64,000 nucleotides of DNA, taken from the NCBI RefSeq assembly GCF_009914755.1, contig NC_060937.1. One strand, written 5' to 3'. Shown here piece by piece: positions 42,660-55,400 of the stretch. A program made the translations under genes and the position numbers. Within the stretch, counting starts at the first letter, position 1. Each line of letters starts with the position of its first letter. This DNA is from the human T2T-CHM13v2.0 reference genome, Homo sapiens. The notes under the pieces were generated by a model that was not told the origin of the DNA, made no database searches, and saw only the letters and a program-made list of their open reading frames with translations.

Positions 42660-43340
42660 ACAGAGTATCACAATGCTTAAGAATTTAGGCCTGAAGTCAG
42701 AAGGTTGGATTCAAATCTACTGTGATGGTTAGTTTTATGTGTCAAGTTATTTAGGCCAAGTTATTCAATTAAGCATGAATCTAGGTGTTGTGAAGGCATT
42801 TTTGTAGATGTGCTTAACATCTACAGTCAATTGACTTTAAGTAAAGGAGATTATTTCGATAATCTGAGTGGGCCTTATCTAATCAGTTGAAAGGCCTTAG
42901 GAGCAAAACAGGTTTCGCCAAGGAAAAAGAAATCCCTCCTGTGGAATGCAGCCTCAGCTCCTGCCTGGGAGTTTCTAGCCTGCTGCTCGTCTGCCCCACA
43001 GACTTCAGACTTGCCCAGGCTGACTATACAATCACATGAGACAATTTTTTGAACTCTCTGTTTCTTTCTGTCTCTCTATCTCTGTCTCTATGTCTGTCTG
43101 TCTCTCAGTTTGTTTTGTTTCTCTGGTAGAACCCTGGCTGACAAATCTATTAACTGAATTGACCTTGGGAAAATATCTTATCCTCTCTGTTCCTCAATTT
43201 CTTCATCTGTAAAATAAAGATATCAAGAGTGTCCATCTGTATCCATCTCACAAGCTTTTTATGAGAATTAAGTGAGTTAATAAATATAAAGTCCTTAGAC
43301 TGGGAACTGACACATGGTATGTGTGCTTCTTAATTATTAA
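42660..43340 (+). mobile_element. MIR split by an MLT2 LTR
   Basis: ggattcaaatctac|...|tctattaactg...gaccttggga...cctcaatttcttcatctgtaaaat. Confidence 0.75.
42721..43145 (+). mobile_element. MLT2D-like ERV-L solo LTR
   Basis: tgtgatggttagttttatgtgtcaa...aatcagttgaaaggcctta...gtttctctggtagaaccctg; TSD tctac/tctat. Confidence 0.88.
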
Positions 43341-43614
43341 GCACCTAGTGTTTGCTTAGTGTAGCTGCTGGGGAGAAATAAGAATAAAGATGAGATATGC
43401 CTGACATTAAGAAGTGTGCCATTCCTCAGAGGCTTCTAAGTCATAATAACAAGTAAACTTAATCAGAATATGACCCCCAGTGCATGCTCATAATTAGGAA
43501 AAGGTCAGCCTATAATGCTAATAATCCTACTAATGAGGGTAGATAATATTTCTCTATTTTGTGCCAAGTATGATACAGATAATTTCATTTGTTCATTTTT
43601 ACACATATCCTTTA

Positions 43615-44331
43615 TTCATTTATTATTTCATTTAACAAATATTCATTGGATGCTTATTATATATTAGGTACATTCTAGATGCTGAGAATATAGTAGAAAA
43701 TAGACAGAAAAGATCTCCTGCCTTGTAATGTATATCGCAGTAGGAGCTACACAAACAAAAAGAATGTGTAATATAAAATCCAGTAGGGATGAGTTTTATG
43801 AAGAAGATAAAGCATGGTAAGAACAGCCTGGTGATGCTAAAGCTGATGCCTGAATCATGAAAAGGGGCAGTTTTGCAAATATTTTTTGGGAGATGACTTC
43901 ATGTTGAGAAACAGTGTGAAGGCCCTTAGATTACAAGTAGCTTGACATAGTGGAGGGAAGGAAAGAAGACCGTGTAGCTGGAGCAGAGTGTTCAATGAGA
44001 AGAGTAGTCAGGAACTGATGTTGGGAAAGAAAGGAAGTGGAGCCCAGATCTCATAGGATCCTATAGGCCATGCCAAGGGTTTTTATTTTATTCAAAGTGT
44101 GATGTGAGTATAATGATGCATTTTGAGTAGAAAATGCAGACATTTATCATAGATGTGGGTAAAGTCTATGGGCTATGGTGGTGTTGGGCAGTGGAGAGAA
44201 GAGTGAAGTGTAGGTACTGCACAGGAGGCCATTGGGGTAGAACAGGTGAGGGAGGTGAGAACTGGCACTCAATAGAGACATGGAGGGCGTGAGAAGTGGA
44301 TGAAATTCAGGATGGATCCAGGGGATAGAGC
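43615..44331 (-). mobile_element. L2a fragment; host of the provirus, resumes at 48620-48740
   Basis: catttaacaaatattcattggatgctta tail; ggggatagagc|agagccagcagtatttactgatgg is collinear L2 sequence. Confidence 0.75.
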
Positions 44332-44812
44332 TTTGGGGCCTGAAATGAAGTTACAGTTGCTGCCTTGACATCTTTAAGCTTCACAGTGCCCCAGAGTCTT
44401 CACTGCAAGTTTCCCTGCTATTACACTCCCCACCCACTAGTCCCTGCAGCAGTTGGACCAGCTACACTCTAACAGGTCCTCAACCCAACAGGTTTGACTT
44501 CCCTGCCAGCCTGTGAAATTGTTCAAACCAGTTAATCATATTCTCCTATGGGAAACGGGGGTCACTGCACCCTCTTGTTACTACAGAGTCTCTCCCCAGC
44601 AGCCCCTGCTTGTTTACTCTGTTCCAGCATGCAACCTGTGGGACCCTGCATGGTATGCATGGTACTTTATCCTGGGCTGTGAGAATGTATGACAGATCAA
44701 CTGCTGCTACTTTCATCTCCAGTGCTGGGTTGCTTGTATTTGTCCATGTTGTGCTAATTGAAGCAAGGAATCCCTCCCTCACCAATGGAGTGAATAGGAG
44801 GCAATCAGAACA
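44332..44812 (+). repeat. 5' LTR
   Basis: Shares cagttggaccagct, ctcttgttactaca, ttgtttactctgttcc, gggctgtga, cctccctcacca, gtgaataggaggc and atcagaaca with the 3' LTR. Confidence 0.9.
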
Positions 44813-45594
44813 ATGGATGGCAAAAGCAGGATGGCCCAACCACCACCAAGAACTTGTAGCTTTAGTTATCTGCTCTTTGCTAACCAGCTGGTTCTGGATA
44901 GGGCCAGAATGTCTGCACTATAAGTGACTGGATGGAGACAGAAACTGAAATTCGTGGCTTAATGCAGCCAGAAACCAAAATACAGTGAGGAAATTTGTAC
45001 AGAAAGAAAATAAGTAGGTGAGGGGAGCCCACCCTGCAGGAAAAGGCAGTGTTGTAGCAGAGGCTGGTTTCTATTCCCCAGCCTCTGGGCTGTGGGCCAG
45101 CACTGTTTTGCTGCATCACTGGGCTGCCTGTGGCTTTGTCACAACAGAGGCTAATCCTCAGGGTTAGAACAATACCCCAAACAACAAAACACTCATGGTA
45201 CCCCTGTGGCATAGCAAAGGTGTTTATGCAAACCTGACTTAAACCTAGGGCCCTTAAACCATAACAATTGCCACCTGGGAGGCACCTAAGCCTGACAATA
45301 CTGAGGCTCTCTGGAAGAAGACTTTTTATAAATATAGGCAGAGTAGAGGCGACCCTCCCCATTGAAGTATATCCAGTGACAAACAGAAAAAAGGAGGGAG
45401 AGAAAGAAACCTGGATACAGGAGGAGAGAAAATTTAAACATATGTGCATATACATGTTTAAATTTATGTAATTTATATATATGTAATTAAATTAAATCAT
45501 AGGTCCACAATTTGGCCCAATTTGAAATTCAAAATTTACTAGAAATAATTTAAACAGCAAAAAGATAAAGAAGTGTTAATTGGCTTTAGTGTCT

Positions 45595-47830
45595 CTATGA
45601 TATAGGTTCTGAATTCACTTTAACATCTGTTGAAATTAACAATTCATGGACCTTCATATACTTCAACACTGGGGCTCAAATTATTGTTATATCTGGAGGT
45701 GGGGTGCCACTAACTTTACACAAGGTACCGCTATAATCTTGGGAGAGTTACTGAATATAAAATAAAGAACAAATAGGTATGCCTCACCTTAACCATCAAA
45801 GCTATTGCTTTGGGAAATAAATTCCCATGGTCATAGCACCCATTGCTCTAAAATGTCTCACAGTAAGCATGGATAATCTGACTCAATCAGTAAATAATAA
45901 AAATAAAAATTAGATTAAGTCTTTGGCACCTAAAAATTGGCTTGACAAAATGGAACTACATAACCCCCCTAGTTAATATCATTAATATGGCCCAATATAA
46001 ATTTGGATTTTAAAGTATCAAACCTCATTATATAAGACCTAATTAGTAACAGGATGATTATCTCCACTGCTTCTCCATTTGACAGCCCAATTTTGTGCTT
46101 TCTTATACCTAGAAAGAATAATAGAAGATTGTAGATCACTACAGTCTTAATCCTGTGGTTGCATCTGCTAAGGTCCCCATACTCAACACCAAATATTATT
46201 GAAATTACTTTTTAAAAATCTAATCAGCAATCAGTAAATATTTTGCTATTATAGGTTTAGTTAATGCAGTCTATTTAGTGCCTATTTTGGCAGCCTCTGA
46301 GATGCAGTTTGCCTTTCCCTCTGAAGGGACCCAACACACCTTTACCAGGCTGCCCATGGAGTACACCAGCAGCTTTGCCATTGCACACAGTCTTTGCAAG
46401 GAATGTCTTCAATGCATCTACATTTCCCAGAAGCACTGCTATGAAACTATATTGATGACATCCTCCTGAGGTCATTTGACACATTAATTAAGGACATGAA
46501 AATATAAAATAGCTTATAAAAAGGGAATAGGCAATTGCCCCACATAGTATAAAGCCCTGCCACCTTGGCTACATTTTTGAAAATTATTGGTAAATCAAGA
46601 GATGTTTCATTCCTGACAGTATCAAGAAACAAACAGCTATTGACCTTTTCAAATGTTAATACAAGTCCATTGTTTTTAGTAATTTTGGGATTCTGAAGGC
46701 AGCATAGTCCACATTTTAAATTTTTACTTGACATATTTAGGCTGTCACTTGAAATCAGCCCACCTTAAATGAACCCCTCTTAACAAAAGATTCTAGAATC
46801 TGTCCAGTTGAAATAATCAGGAATTCCCCTTAGTGCCCTTAGAGAGTCCTTTGTTTTAGAGCGTTTAGTAACATTCCTTATGCCACTGGAGTTGCTGACT
46901 TACTTATGATGGCCACAGTTAGTTGTCCACGGACTTCTAATGCAAGAAGTTGCCTTTCCTCAGACCTGTGCTATATATCATTAGAGCGGTAATAGCTGGC
47001 CACTTACTGGGTTCTCCTGGAAAGAGGCTTTAACAGACTGTGAACCTGTAACCCTCCATATCCAGCTGTCCATTATGCCTTACATCACCCTCAAGGTTCA
47101 GTATGGCTACCAAGGTCTCTTTGCTACAGGATGGGGCCAAATCTGGGCCATCTGTATATTCTACTTGCAGGAGAGGATGGCCTTCTCTGTCCTCAATTTC
47201 TTGCCATGTTTTGGCACTGGAGAAAGACACCACTTTTCCAGACCCCTTGGCTACCCAGGAAACTCGCTGGAATTAATGGAGTTATTTGCAATGAGATTTT
47301 GTACACTTCACAGATGGAATTGCCATCATCCTATGTGATGGAGCCCAGTGGAATGTTGCTGGTTTCCATCTCTTAACCAAGACAGCCATGATAAAGGATG
47401 GTACCCAAGGATAAGGACAATTGGCCAAACTTTACACAGTCATCTTACCTTACTGGGTGTTCTGCCCAATAAATGGCCCCATCTGCACATTTTTACGTAC
47501 TCTTGGACTACTGCCTAAGGGTTGCCCCCTTCAGGATAAAGAACTTTGGAAATATCTTGCCTCACAGATGCCCAAAATATAAATCAAGGTAAGAGATGTC
47601 TCTACATATACTAAGGCCACAACACGAGGCTTCACCAGTACACTCCTTAGCTCCTGTGAAGTAGTTCCAGACATCACCCATGTTGACAAGACACTCATTC
47701 ACTTCTCAGAATATACAATGCTGGGCTCTTGAAGAAGATATTCAATGGAATTTCCACTTTTACTATAAACCAGGCAATTGGTTTCACTGTGAGGCCTAAT
47801 GAGCTCCCCAAATAACTCCTGTTTAAATTA
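45595..47830 (+). pseudogene. pol: Disrupted ERV pro-pol (protease, reverse transcriptase, RNase H, integrase core)
   Basis: Hand translation across frames: FNTGAQIIVISG (45662), SPFDSPI, IVDHYSLN, KYFAII...QFAF...TFTRLPMEY (ORF 46278-46469), YIDDILL (46448), LGF*RQH, FTDG, LHIFTYSW, ELWKYL, FTSQNIQCWA, DIQWNFH; many stops and frameshifts. Confidence 0.88.
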
Positions 47831-48127
47831 TCAAGTGGTAAATGGACCCCCTACTGGGTATTGCTATTGCCATAGGTGTTGATTAATCTCAGTTCACACC
47901 CCTAGGGATGGGCACTTCCTCCACTTATGCCTCATGGGTCTATCAATTATCTTCAGTGGCCATAAAGGGAGCTACCTCTAAGTTCATGTTCTTGATGTCT
48001 ACTCCACCATGTGGCCCTATCCTTCCTGGTTAATGCTGATGACCCTTCCAAGGGGAATGCTTTCACTCTCTAAAAATCTTAGTTATCAACAAGGTTTAAA
48101 TTAACCTCAAGTTATCAAGGTACTGAA

Positions 48128-48619
48128 TGTGGTATAAGGGTTAAAATTAAGATGCAATATGAAGTGCTGTCTTGACAACTTTGTGCTTCACAGGGCCTCA
48201 ACCCCAAGCCCAAGTCCCCTGCTCTCCTCAGATATGCCCCCACCCAGCTAGCTCTCACATCAGTTGGACCAGCTCTACCCTATCCAGTCCTTAACCTAAT
48301 GGATTTCACTTCTCTGTTGGTCTGAAAACTTATTCAAACAAGCCAATTATATCCTTCCACTGGAACCAGGGTTCACCCCAGACTCTTGTTACTACAAAGC
48401 ATGCTTCCCACAGCCTGTTCTTGTTTACTCTGTTCCTGAATGCAACCCCAATGTGGCCCTACAGAGCATTTAGTGTCTTCCTCCTTGGGCTGTGAATATA
48501 TGTGACTAATAAACTGCTGTCATTCTCATTTGCCCAGTGTTGTGTGTTTGCCATCTTCATACTATTTAGGGAGGGGGTTTCCTCCCTCACCAGTGGGTGA
48601 ATAGGAGGCTATCAGAACA
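48128..48619 (+). repeat. 3' LTR
   Basis: Starts TG, ends CA, AATAAA at 48508-48513, homologous to the 5' LTR. Confidence 0.9.
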
Positions 48620-48739
48620 AGAGCCAGCAGTATTTACTGATGGTATGCATGTGAGATTAAAGGGAAGAATCAAGAGTGTTATTTAGATTTTTCACCTGAA
48701 AAAATATAAATAAATGTCCATGCTATTTATTGAGAAGGG

Positions 48740-50100
48740 AGAGAGGAGAAACAGCTTTGGAGAAGGAAATTAAGAACACAGTTTAGAGAAATAAAAGACC
48801 ATATTGTCAAACAAGATGAAATGGGATAAATAGGGTTTTGAGAAATGATTAGGGAGAAATCACTTCCAGTTGGAGGAATAAAGAGGCTCACATGAAAGGA
48901 GATATTTAAACGGAACCTTGAAGGGTTGAAAAGATTTTTGTCACTAGTGGTGTTGGAATTATACATCATAACAGAAGAAAATGTTAAACCAAGTCAGCAA
49001 GGTAGAGAAGCCCAGAATGACAAGTGATTTCAGCTTGGCTGATTGGAAGTAGGAGCCAAGACTATAATGTTATTCTGGGATCTTCCTTATTGAAGACCTT
49101 GAGTACTAATAAGTCCACATTAAGAGTTTACTTTGATCAGGAAGGCATTAGAATATGTTGAGGTTTACCCAGTAGTGATTAGGGTTGTGTGTTCTGAAGA
49201 TTAGTCTCCCAGCTGTGTAATGTCCATCTTGGGAAGGAGTGTGGTGGACATTGTGAGTGTAGGTAGAAATTATTGCAATTGTCTGTGATCAGAAATGATG
49301 AAAGTCTTCCTAGAATGGAATCAGGAACAGATGTGAGAGGCATTTCAGGAAGAGGATAAAAATGAAAACAATTTGAATGGGTCTTGGTGGGTGAAAGGGA
49401 GAAGTTCAAGGTTTTCATTTCTGGGCAACTAGGAAATTATGTAGTTGCCAGCAAATATGAAGATGCTGGGAGGAGAACCAGGTCTGAGTCTAAGAAGATT
49501 TTAGTTTCAACATGTTAAGTCTGAGATGCTACTGGAATTTTTATGTTGAGGTGGTTGGAAATAGGGGCTACTCCTTTGGCAAGAGATTAGGTTCCCAGTT
49601 ATCTGCTCACAGAGAGGAGCTATAGCCTGGGCAAGATGACCCTGGAGGAGCAGACTGAGAAGCTCTTCTGACATCATTCTCTCTTACTTTCTCTTATTCC
49701 CTCCACTCCAGCCAGGCTGGCTCCCTGCCATTCCAGGAACTCATTGAGCACGTTCTCACATCAGGGCCCTTGGGCTTGCTCTTCTCATTCTTAGATCTCT
49801 CTTCAGAATCTGCACAGATCACTGCCTCTCAATTTATTCAGATCTTTTCTCAAATATTCCCCATCTAAGAGGCTTCCGCTGACCATTCTATATAGAACGG
49901 CACTCTTTCTTCCTTCTGCTGTCATTCTTAGCCCCTTGCTCTGCTTTATCTTCAGAGCACCGATGAATATTACATATTTATATTTTGTGTGTCACTACCT
50001 TCATTAGAACATAAGCTCTCTGAGGACAAGGGCTTTGTTCTAGGTAATGTTCCATCTGTGTGTCTGGTACATAGTGTACATAACATTTCTGTGTATTTGG
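48740..50100. mobile_element. L2 fragments (minus to about 49650, then plus)
   Basis: ggagatatttaaacggaaccttgaagg, ttttagtttcaacatgttaagtctgagatg; ccactccagcca, cacatcagggccctt, tagaacataagctctctgaggacaaggg. Confidence 0.6.
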
Positions 50101-50239
50101 CAGAAGGGAAGAAAAGAGCAGGAGAGAAGAAGATGGGTCGGAATGGGATCAGAGGTGTGGGTAGGCAGCACTTTGCTTCTACTCTGTAGTGGACATCTTG
50201 TTTATCTGTTCACTCCTTTTCCTTTGCTGGTGGTATCCT

Positions 50240-50850
50240 GGATTTCCTCTGGATAACCATCCTGACTACTGTCAGCCCAGGGTTCAGGTGGCAGTGAGTC
50301 TGCTCCCAGATCTGTGTGGCATGTGATTCAGATCTGGCTAGTCAAAGCATCAAGTTCAAGGGGATTGGCGCAGGAATACACACCTGATCCACTTCCCCCC
50401 ACTGACATCAGGCTGTAGCATGGTGATGAATAGTCCAGACTCTGGATCCTGACAGCTGGGCTCAAATGCTACCTCTGTCACTAACTAGATGAGTGACTTC
50501 GGTAAGTTATCTCACTCCTCTCTCTCTCAGTGTAATACAGGATTGTTGTGAAGATCAAAGTAATTAACACTGAGAAAGCTCTTAGACTGGTGTCTGTCAC
50601 AGAGTAAGAGCTATAAAAGTTTTATCATCTGGTGAGGAAAGAGAAGTGCTCCTTTCAGTGGAACTCGAAGCCAAGATGCTACAGTCTTGGAGCTGCTGGG
50701 GGTCATCTTGCCACCACGTGGACCCTGAAGATGAAGCCCCATGGAGGAGAACAGAACTGAATGATGGAGAGATGCTGACTCCTGATGACACCTCTTGACT
50801 CACTTAAGTAAATTTGAGTTGGCTTGTAAGTAAGTTGTAATGGGAGATTC
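50240..50850 (+). mobile_element. Old MLT1K/L-like LTR fragments with a MIR (about 50410-50625) inside
   Basis: ggagctgctgggggtcatcttgccaccacgtg, tcctgatgaca; MIR ctgggctcaaat...ctctgtcactaactag...aggattgttgtgaagat. Confidence 0.5.
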
Positions 50851-51859
50851 GCAATCAGTACGACATTCTTGAAGGCAATGCATCTCTTCAATTTGATGTG
50901 CATGTCTTGCTTGCTAGCTTCAGGTGATTCTGTGACTTCTTTAATTCTCCTCTGTCAATATCTCTCAGTTCCTGAAAGCACCAAGCAGCCTGGCTCTTTT
51001 ATTTTTGCCTTTGGTAATTGTTTTTGTTATTCCCTGAACTCCTATTTGCTCTTCTACTTTGATGTGCTGGACAGGAGGGACTCCAGATTCACATTTTATC
51101 CTTTTTCTCAGAGGCCAGAGCATGGTCATCCCTCATGCCCTTTGTCTTAGGCCTGACTCTTGTTCTTTTTTGTTTTGTTGCTTTTCATGCAGAAAACACA
51201 CACCTCCTTCCATGTTATTTTTCTGTCCCCTCACTCTCCTGTCAAATGCTGCTTCAGAAGAAGAAAGAAGAAAGATAGGAAAGGAAGAAACAGATATGTG
51301 TCCAGAGCCTTGCCCTTTTCAAATTCAGTGTCATGATCCCCTTATTCACTTATTCCTCCCAAGACTCTCCTTCCTGCCCCCTGACCTAGTCTACTGACAC
51401 CACAGGGGAGAGAGGGCTGTGGGGGTTATTATTCTTAGCTTTATTTGTTGGCATTCTCTCTCACAACTGTATCCACTCAATTCCCAGCACAAAGCTTTAA
51501 GCCCCATAGATGTTCCATGCTGGCTTCTCATATTGACTGGCTCTTCCTCTTCTGAAATGGGAGCAAGGAGAAGTTGAATGAACACACAGAACCATTTTGA
51601 GCCATACAGGAGGGAATTACCTCATTAAAGGAGGAGGTGAGGCCCCCCTCTGAGAGTAAGAAGAAAGTGAGGGAATGTGGCAATGATGTGGAATCCTTGG
51701 GATGGAAAGTAGGGAGAGTTTCAACCAGAGATCTTGAAAGCACTGCCCTGAAGCAGGACAGGCGTTCCTGTGGGTGGTGCTGGCTCCACCAGTGCTGCTG
51801 GCCCTGCCGACCTCATGGGCCTCTCGTTTAGTCCATTCTCTCGCCCTCCGTGTCTAACC

Positions 51860-52235
51860 TCGGTTTCTTTGGGTCCTCAGATATATCAAGCTCTATTTTA
51901 CCTCCGGGCCTTCACAGATGCTTTTCGCTATGCCAAGAAAACTCTAACTTCACGTCCTTCTTAGGTGTCACTTCTTCCGGGAGCCATCCCTCCCTTCAGG
52001 CCTTGGTTAGCTCCTCTTGCTATTTGTGCCCGTAGCTCCTTAAACTTCCCCATAGCAACATACATTGCACTTGATTGCTATTAGTTATAGAACTGTCTTT
52101 CTCCACTGCGAGATCATGGGCTCCAGAAGTACAAGAAGGCATTTCCTCTACATTTAATCACCACTGTAACTCCAGGACGTAGTCCATTTCTTGGCCATAT
52201 TTGGTACTCAATCAATGTTTGCTGAGTGAATAAAC
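51860..52235 (+). mobile_element. L2 3' fragment
   Basis: cctccgggccttcacagatgct...ggtactcaatcaatgtttgctgagtgaataaa. Confidence 0.65.
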
Positions 52236-54169
52236 ATTGGCGTGAATCTTAAAATATTATCAGGGCAAGAGGTAATTGTAACTCTTCTCTTTTCCAATGG
52301 AATTATAGCTGCTTCATCTGTGGCCAATTTTCTCCCATATCACATAAAGCTAGGAGAGGGGATCAAGTCTATTGATACCTCTATGCATAGCATGTCTGAA
52401 CAAGAGCAATTAACATAGAATCACCCAAAGGCAATACCCTCGTATAAATTCTTGCTTCATAAAAAGAAAAAAAATGGGATAGTAAATCTAATATATTTAT
52501 ACTTAAATAGGATATTTACGCTTTAATACAAGAATTTTTCTAATATAAAATATATATTTTTTTTATCCAAAGAGGCAACTATTTTATCCAGAAAAGTACT
52601 TCATCTCCAGACTTCACATTAGATGTGGATGTGTAGACTCCTCTATTGGGCTGGAATAGACCTGGTGACCTGCAGACAGCTACTTCTACAGCCCATTACC
52701 TACATTCCAAGCTACCTAGTCTCAGCACATTCACTTTCTGCTATGATAAACTCTGCTTTCTCTGTCTCCCTGACCTCTGCAATCTTACTGGGAATAGGAG
52801 GTGGGACAGAACTGAAAGTCTATGTAAGTGGAGGGGGCAGGGAAGAGAGGCCTTTTACTGTGACAAGTCACACTGCATAAAAGTGATTTGTGTGTGCTCA
52901 ATAGCTTTTTTTCTAGTCTCCTTCTGACACTTGGGAGTTTGGTTCATCACAGTTACTCATCTACCTTAGCCAAGAAATTACAAGTGAAGCGGAGAGAAAA
53001 TATGAGTGAGTAAGTGAGAGAGTTTCTGAGTTTGACAGGCAGAGGTAAAGCAAAAACAACAATGACTGGTGCCGGTATAACAGTTTTCAAAGTTGACATT
53101 TGAGGTTTATGGTGCTTTTGTTAATGAGATGTTTGAGTGGAGAAACAATAGTGCTTAAGTTAAGTTCAACTAAAAACTTAAAATACCTTTATACCTTTTC
53201 GTTTTTATCTTGTCTTCTAGGGACAGACTAAGAGAAATCTGTTCTTGGTGGCAGTATCTATGACAACAAACTCATTTCATTTTCTTACTTTCATATATGT
53301 GATAGACAACACTGAGGAACTTTTGATTTCTTTTCTACATACATAATTAAGCACCCGGAGACTGCCTCCTACTCCTGAAATGACTTGAACCCATAGCAAG
53401 TTATTCTGGGATTGAAGGGCAATACTGTGGGTGGGGACTGGACATAATTAATCAACCAGAGAACTCAGATATTAAGACTAAAGAAGAATCATGTTATGTT
53501 AATCTTGCATAATCAATTATTCTTTTTCATAAGGTTTAACTCTTTGATGGGAGAAGTTATGAATTCAAGAGAAATAATTCAAAGAGAAGCAAGAAAGGAT
53601 GAGACCCTAAGTCCACAAATATTCTTCAGTGCCCACCATATATAGGGCATGACCTGAGGCCCCAGGGGGGAAGCAAAAGCCTGAAAAGGCAATGCTTGTT
53701 CTCCCTGAAGGTTTGCACAGACAACCCACGTACCTGTGTGTCTATCACTCAAGGCAGGGTCTTGCCTTTATTGACTGTCTTAAAGTTAATCCCAGTCTGT
53801 GGATACACTAACTTAGCAGAAAAATCCCAGGGGAAACGAATTTAGGGGAAAAAACACCTATCTGGCAAGACCGTAGCTTTTACTGTTCAAGGGACAAGAG
53901 GTTAACTATTTTCATACCCCATGAGCCAGTTTCCAGTGACACTCTGATTATCACATAAAGAAAGATTACTTCCTTTTTCTAAAAAATTTGACTAATCAAG
54001 ATGTTTTAGGATTCCTGGCTACTTTCCCCCCCATTTTTGTTCTGAATTAATTGTTAAAAGTACAATAAATAATGTGAATATTTTTCAGCACTTTCTCTCA
54101 TTGGTCTGTGTAGACCTGCTTCTAGAGCTCTTATGGCAGTAACTGCTGAACCTGACTGGTTGTTAAAGT

Positions 54170-54340
54170 TGGCTTGGTAGCTTTATAAAAATCCAGATTT
54201 GTAAGTCAGTCCAGATCTACCTAGTTAGAATCTCTAGAAGTGAAACCCAGATATACATATACATATACATACACATATACATATACATATGTAATTTTCT
54301 TTTTCAAAAAGCTTCTCAGGTAATTTTGATAATTAGCTGA
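54170..54340. mobile_element. MER5-like hAT-Charlie fragment with internal (TACATA)n
   Basis: tagaatctctagaagtgaaacccag...aaaagcttctcaggtaattttgat. Confidence 0.5.
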
Positions 54341-54586
54341 TACAGAGTCTATATTATATATTATACTATGGAGTTTCTTGTGCAGTATTTTCAAAAATAG
54401 AAATGTATGTGAGATAAGAGTGTTCCTTTTGATATTGGTTAGAGAGCCCTGGGTTTGAATAGTAGATTCGCCACAATTCAGCTGCAACAGGACTTTAGGC
54501 AATTTGCCTCATCTACAAAATTACCTAACGAGTTAATACTATTACCTAATGAATAGAATTGCTGTGGGGAGCAATTGTTAGAAATG

Positions 54587-54608
54587 TACACACACACACA
54601 CATACACA

Positions 54609-54644
<36 letters not shown>
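54587..54644. repeat. (CA)n microsatellite
   Basis: CA run directly abutting MER44. Confidence 0.95.
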
Positions 54645-54650
<6 letters not shown>

Positions 54651-55400
54651 TCCCCCGCTTATCCTCAGTTTTCCTTTCTGAGGTTTCAGTTGCCTGCAGT
54701 CATCCATGGTCTAAAAATATTAAATTGAAAATTCCAGAAATAAACAATTCATAAGTTTTAAGTTGCCACCATTCTGTCACGAAGAAACCTCATGCCATGC
54801 CACTTTGTCCTGCCTGTAACATGAATCGTCTCTCTGTCCAGAATATCCACACTGTCTACATCGCCCGCCAGTTAGTCACTGAGTTGCCATCTTGGAATAT
54901 AGTGCTTGTGTTCAAGTAGTCCTTATTTTACTTAATGATGGCCCCAAAGTGCAAGAGTAATGATGCTGGAAATTCAGATACGCCAAAGAGAAGCCTTAAA
55001 GTGCTTGCTTTAAGTGCAAAGTGAAAATTCTCCACTTTTTAAATAAAAAATTCTATGCCACGGTTGCTAAGATCTATGGTAAGAATGAATCTTCTGTCCA
55101 TGAAATTGCAAGGAAGGAAACAGAAATTCATGCTAGTTTTGTTGTTGCACTTCAAACTGCAGGAGTTCCTGCCACAGTGCCTGATAGCTTTTATTACAGT
55201 AAATGTTATAATTACTCTATTTTGTCATTAGTTATTGTTGTTAATCTCTTCCTGTGCCTGGTTTATAAGTTAAACTTTATCATAGGTAGGTTTTTATAGA
55301 AGAAAACCCCACAGCCTATACAGGGATTGATACTATTTGTGGCTTCAGGCATCCACTAGAGGTCTTGGAATGTATCCCCCATGGATAAGGAGTGACTATG
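54645..55400 (+). mobile_element. MER44C/D (Tigger7 deletion derivative) with frameshifted transposase N-terminus
   Basis: ccgcttatcc...ggataagg TIRs; aaaattccagaaataaacaattcataag; MAPKCKSNDAG (54938) then VAKIYGKNESSVHEI in a shifted frame. Confidence 0.88.

Larger units (their letters stand above)
44332..48619 (+). mobile_element. Decayed two-LTR class III (ERV-L-type) provirus; LTR53/MER88/MER74-group LTRs (tentative)
   Basis: Homologous LTRs at both ends, perfect 5-bp TSD AGAGC (44327-44331 and 48620-48624), pro-RT-RH-IN motifs in order, no env. Confidence 0.9.

Noticed and set aside
44880-45455. Longest ORF in the window (191 aa, minus strand)
   Set aside because: Antisense to the decayed ERV leader/gag region with no recognisable domain; likely a chance ORF
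45430-45465. 12-bp inverted repeat overlapping AAATTTA/TTTAAAC slippery-like heptamers upstream of pro
   Set aside because: The heptamers lie inside the stem rather than upstream of it, and the region is AT-rich low complexity; a frameshift signal is not supportable
45595-45630. Second protease-like motif LYDIGSEFTL just before FNTGAQ
   Set aside because: Probably coincidental; the two are only about 22 codons apart and the nucleotides are not duplicated
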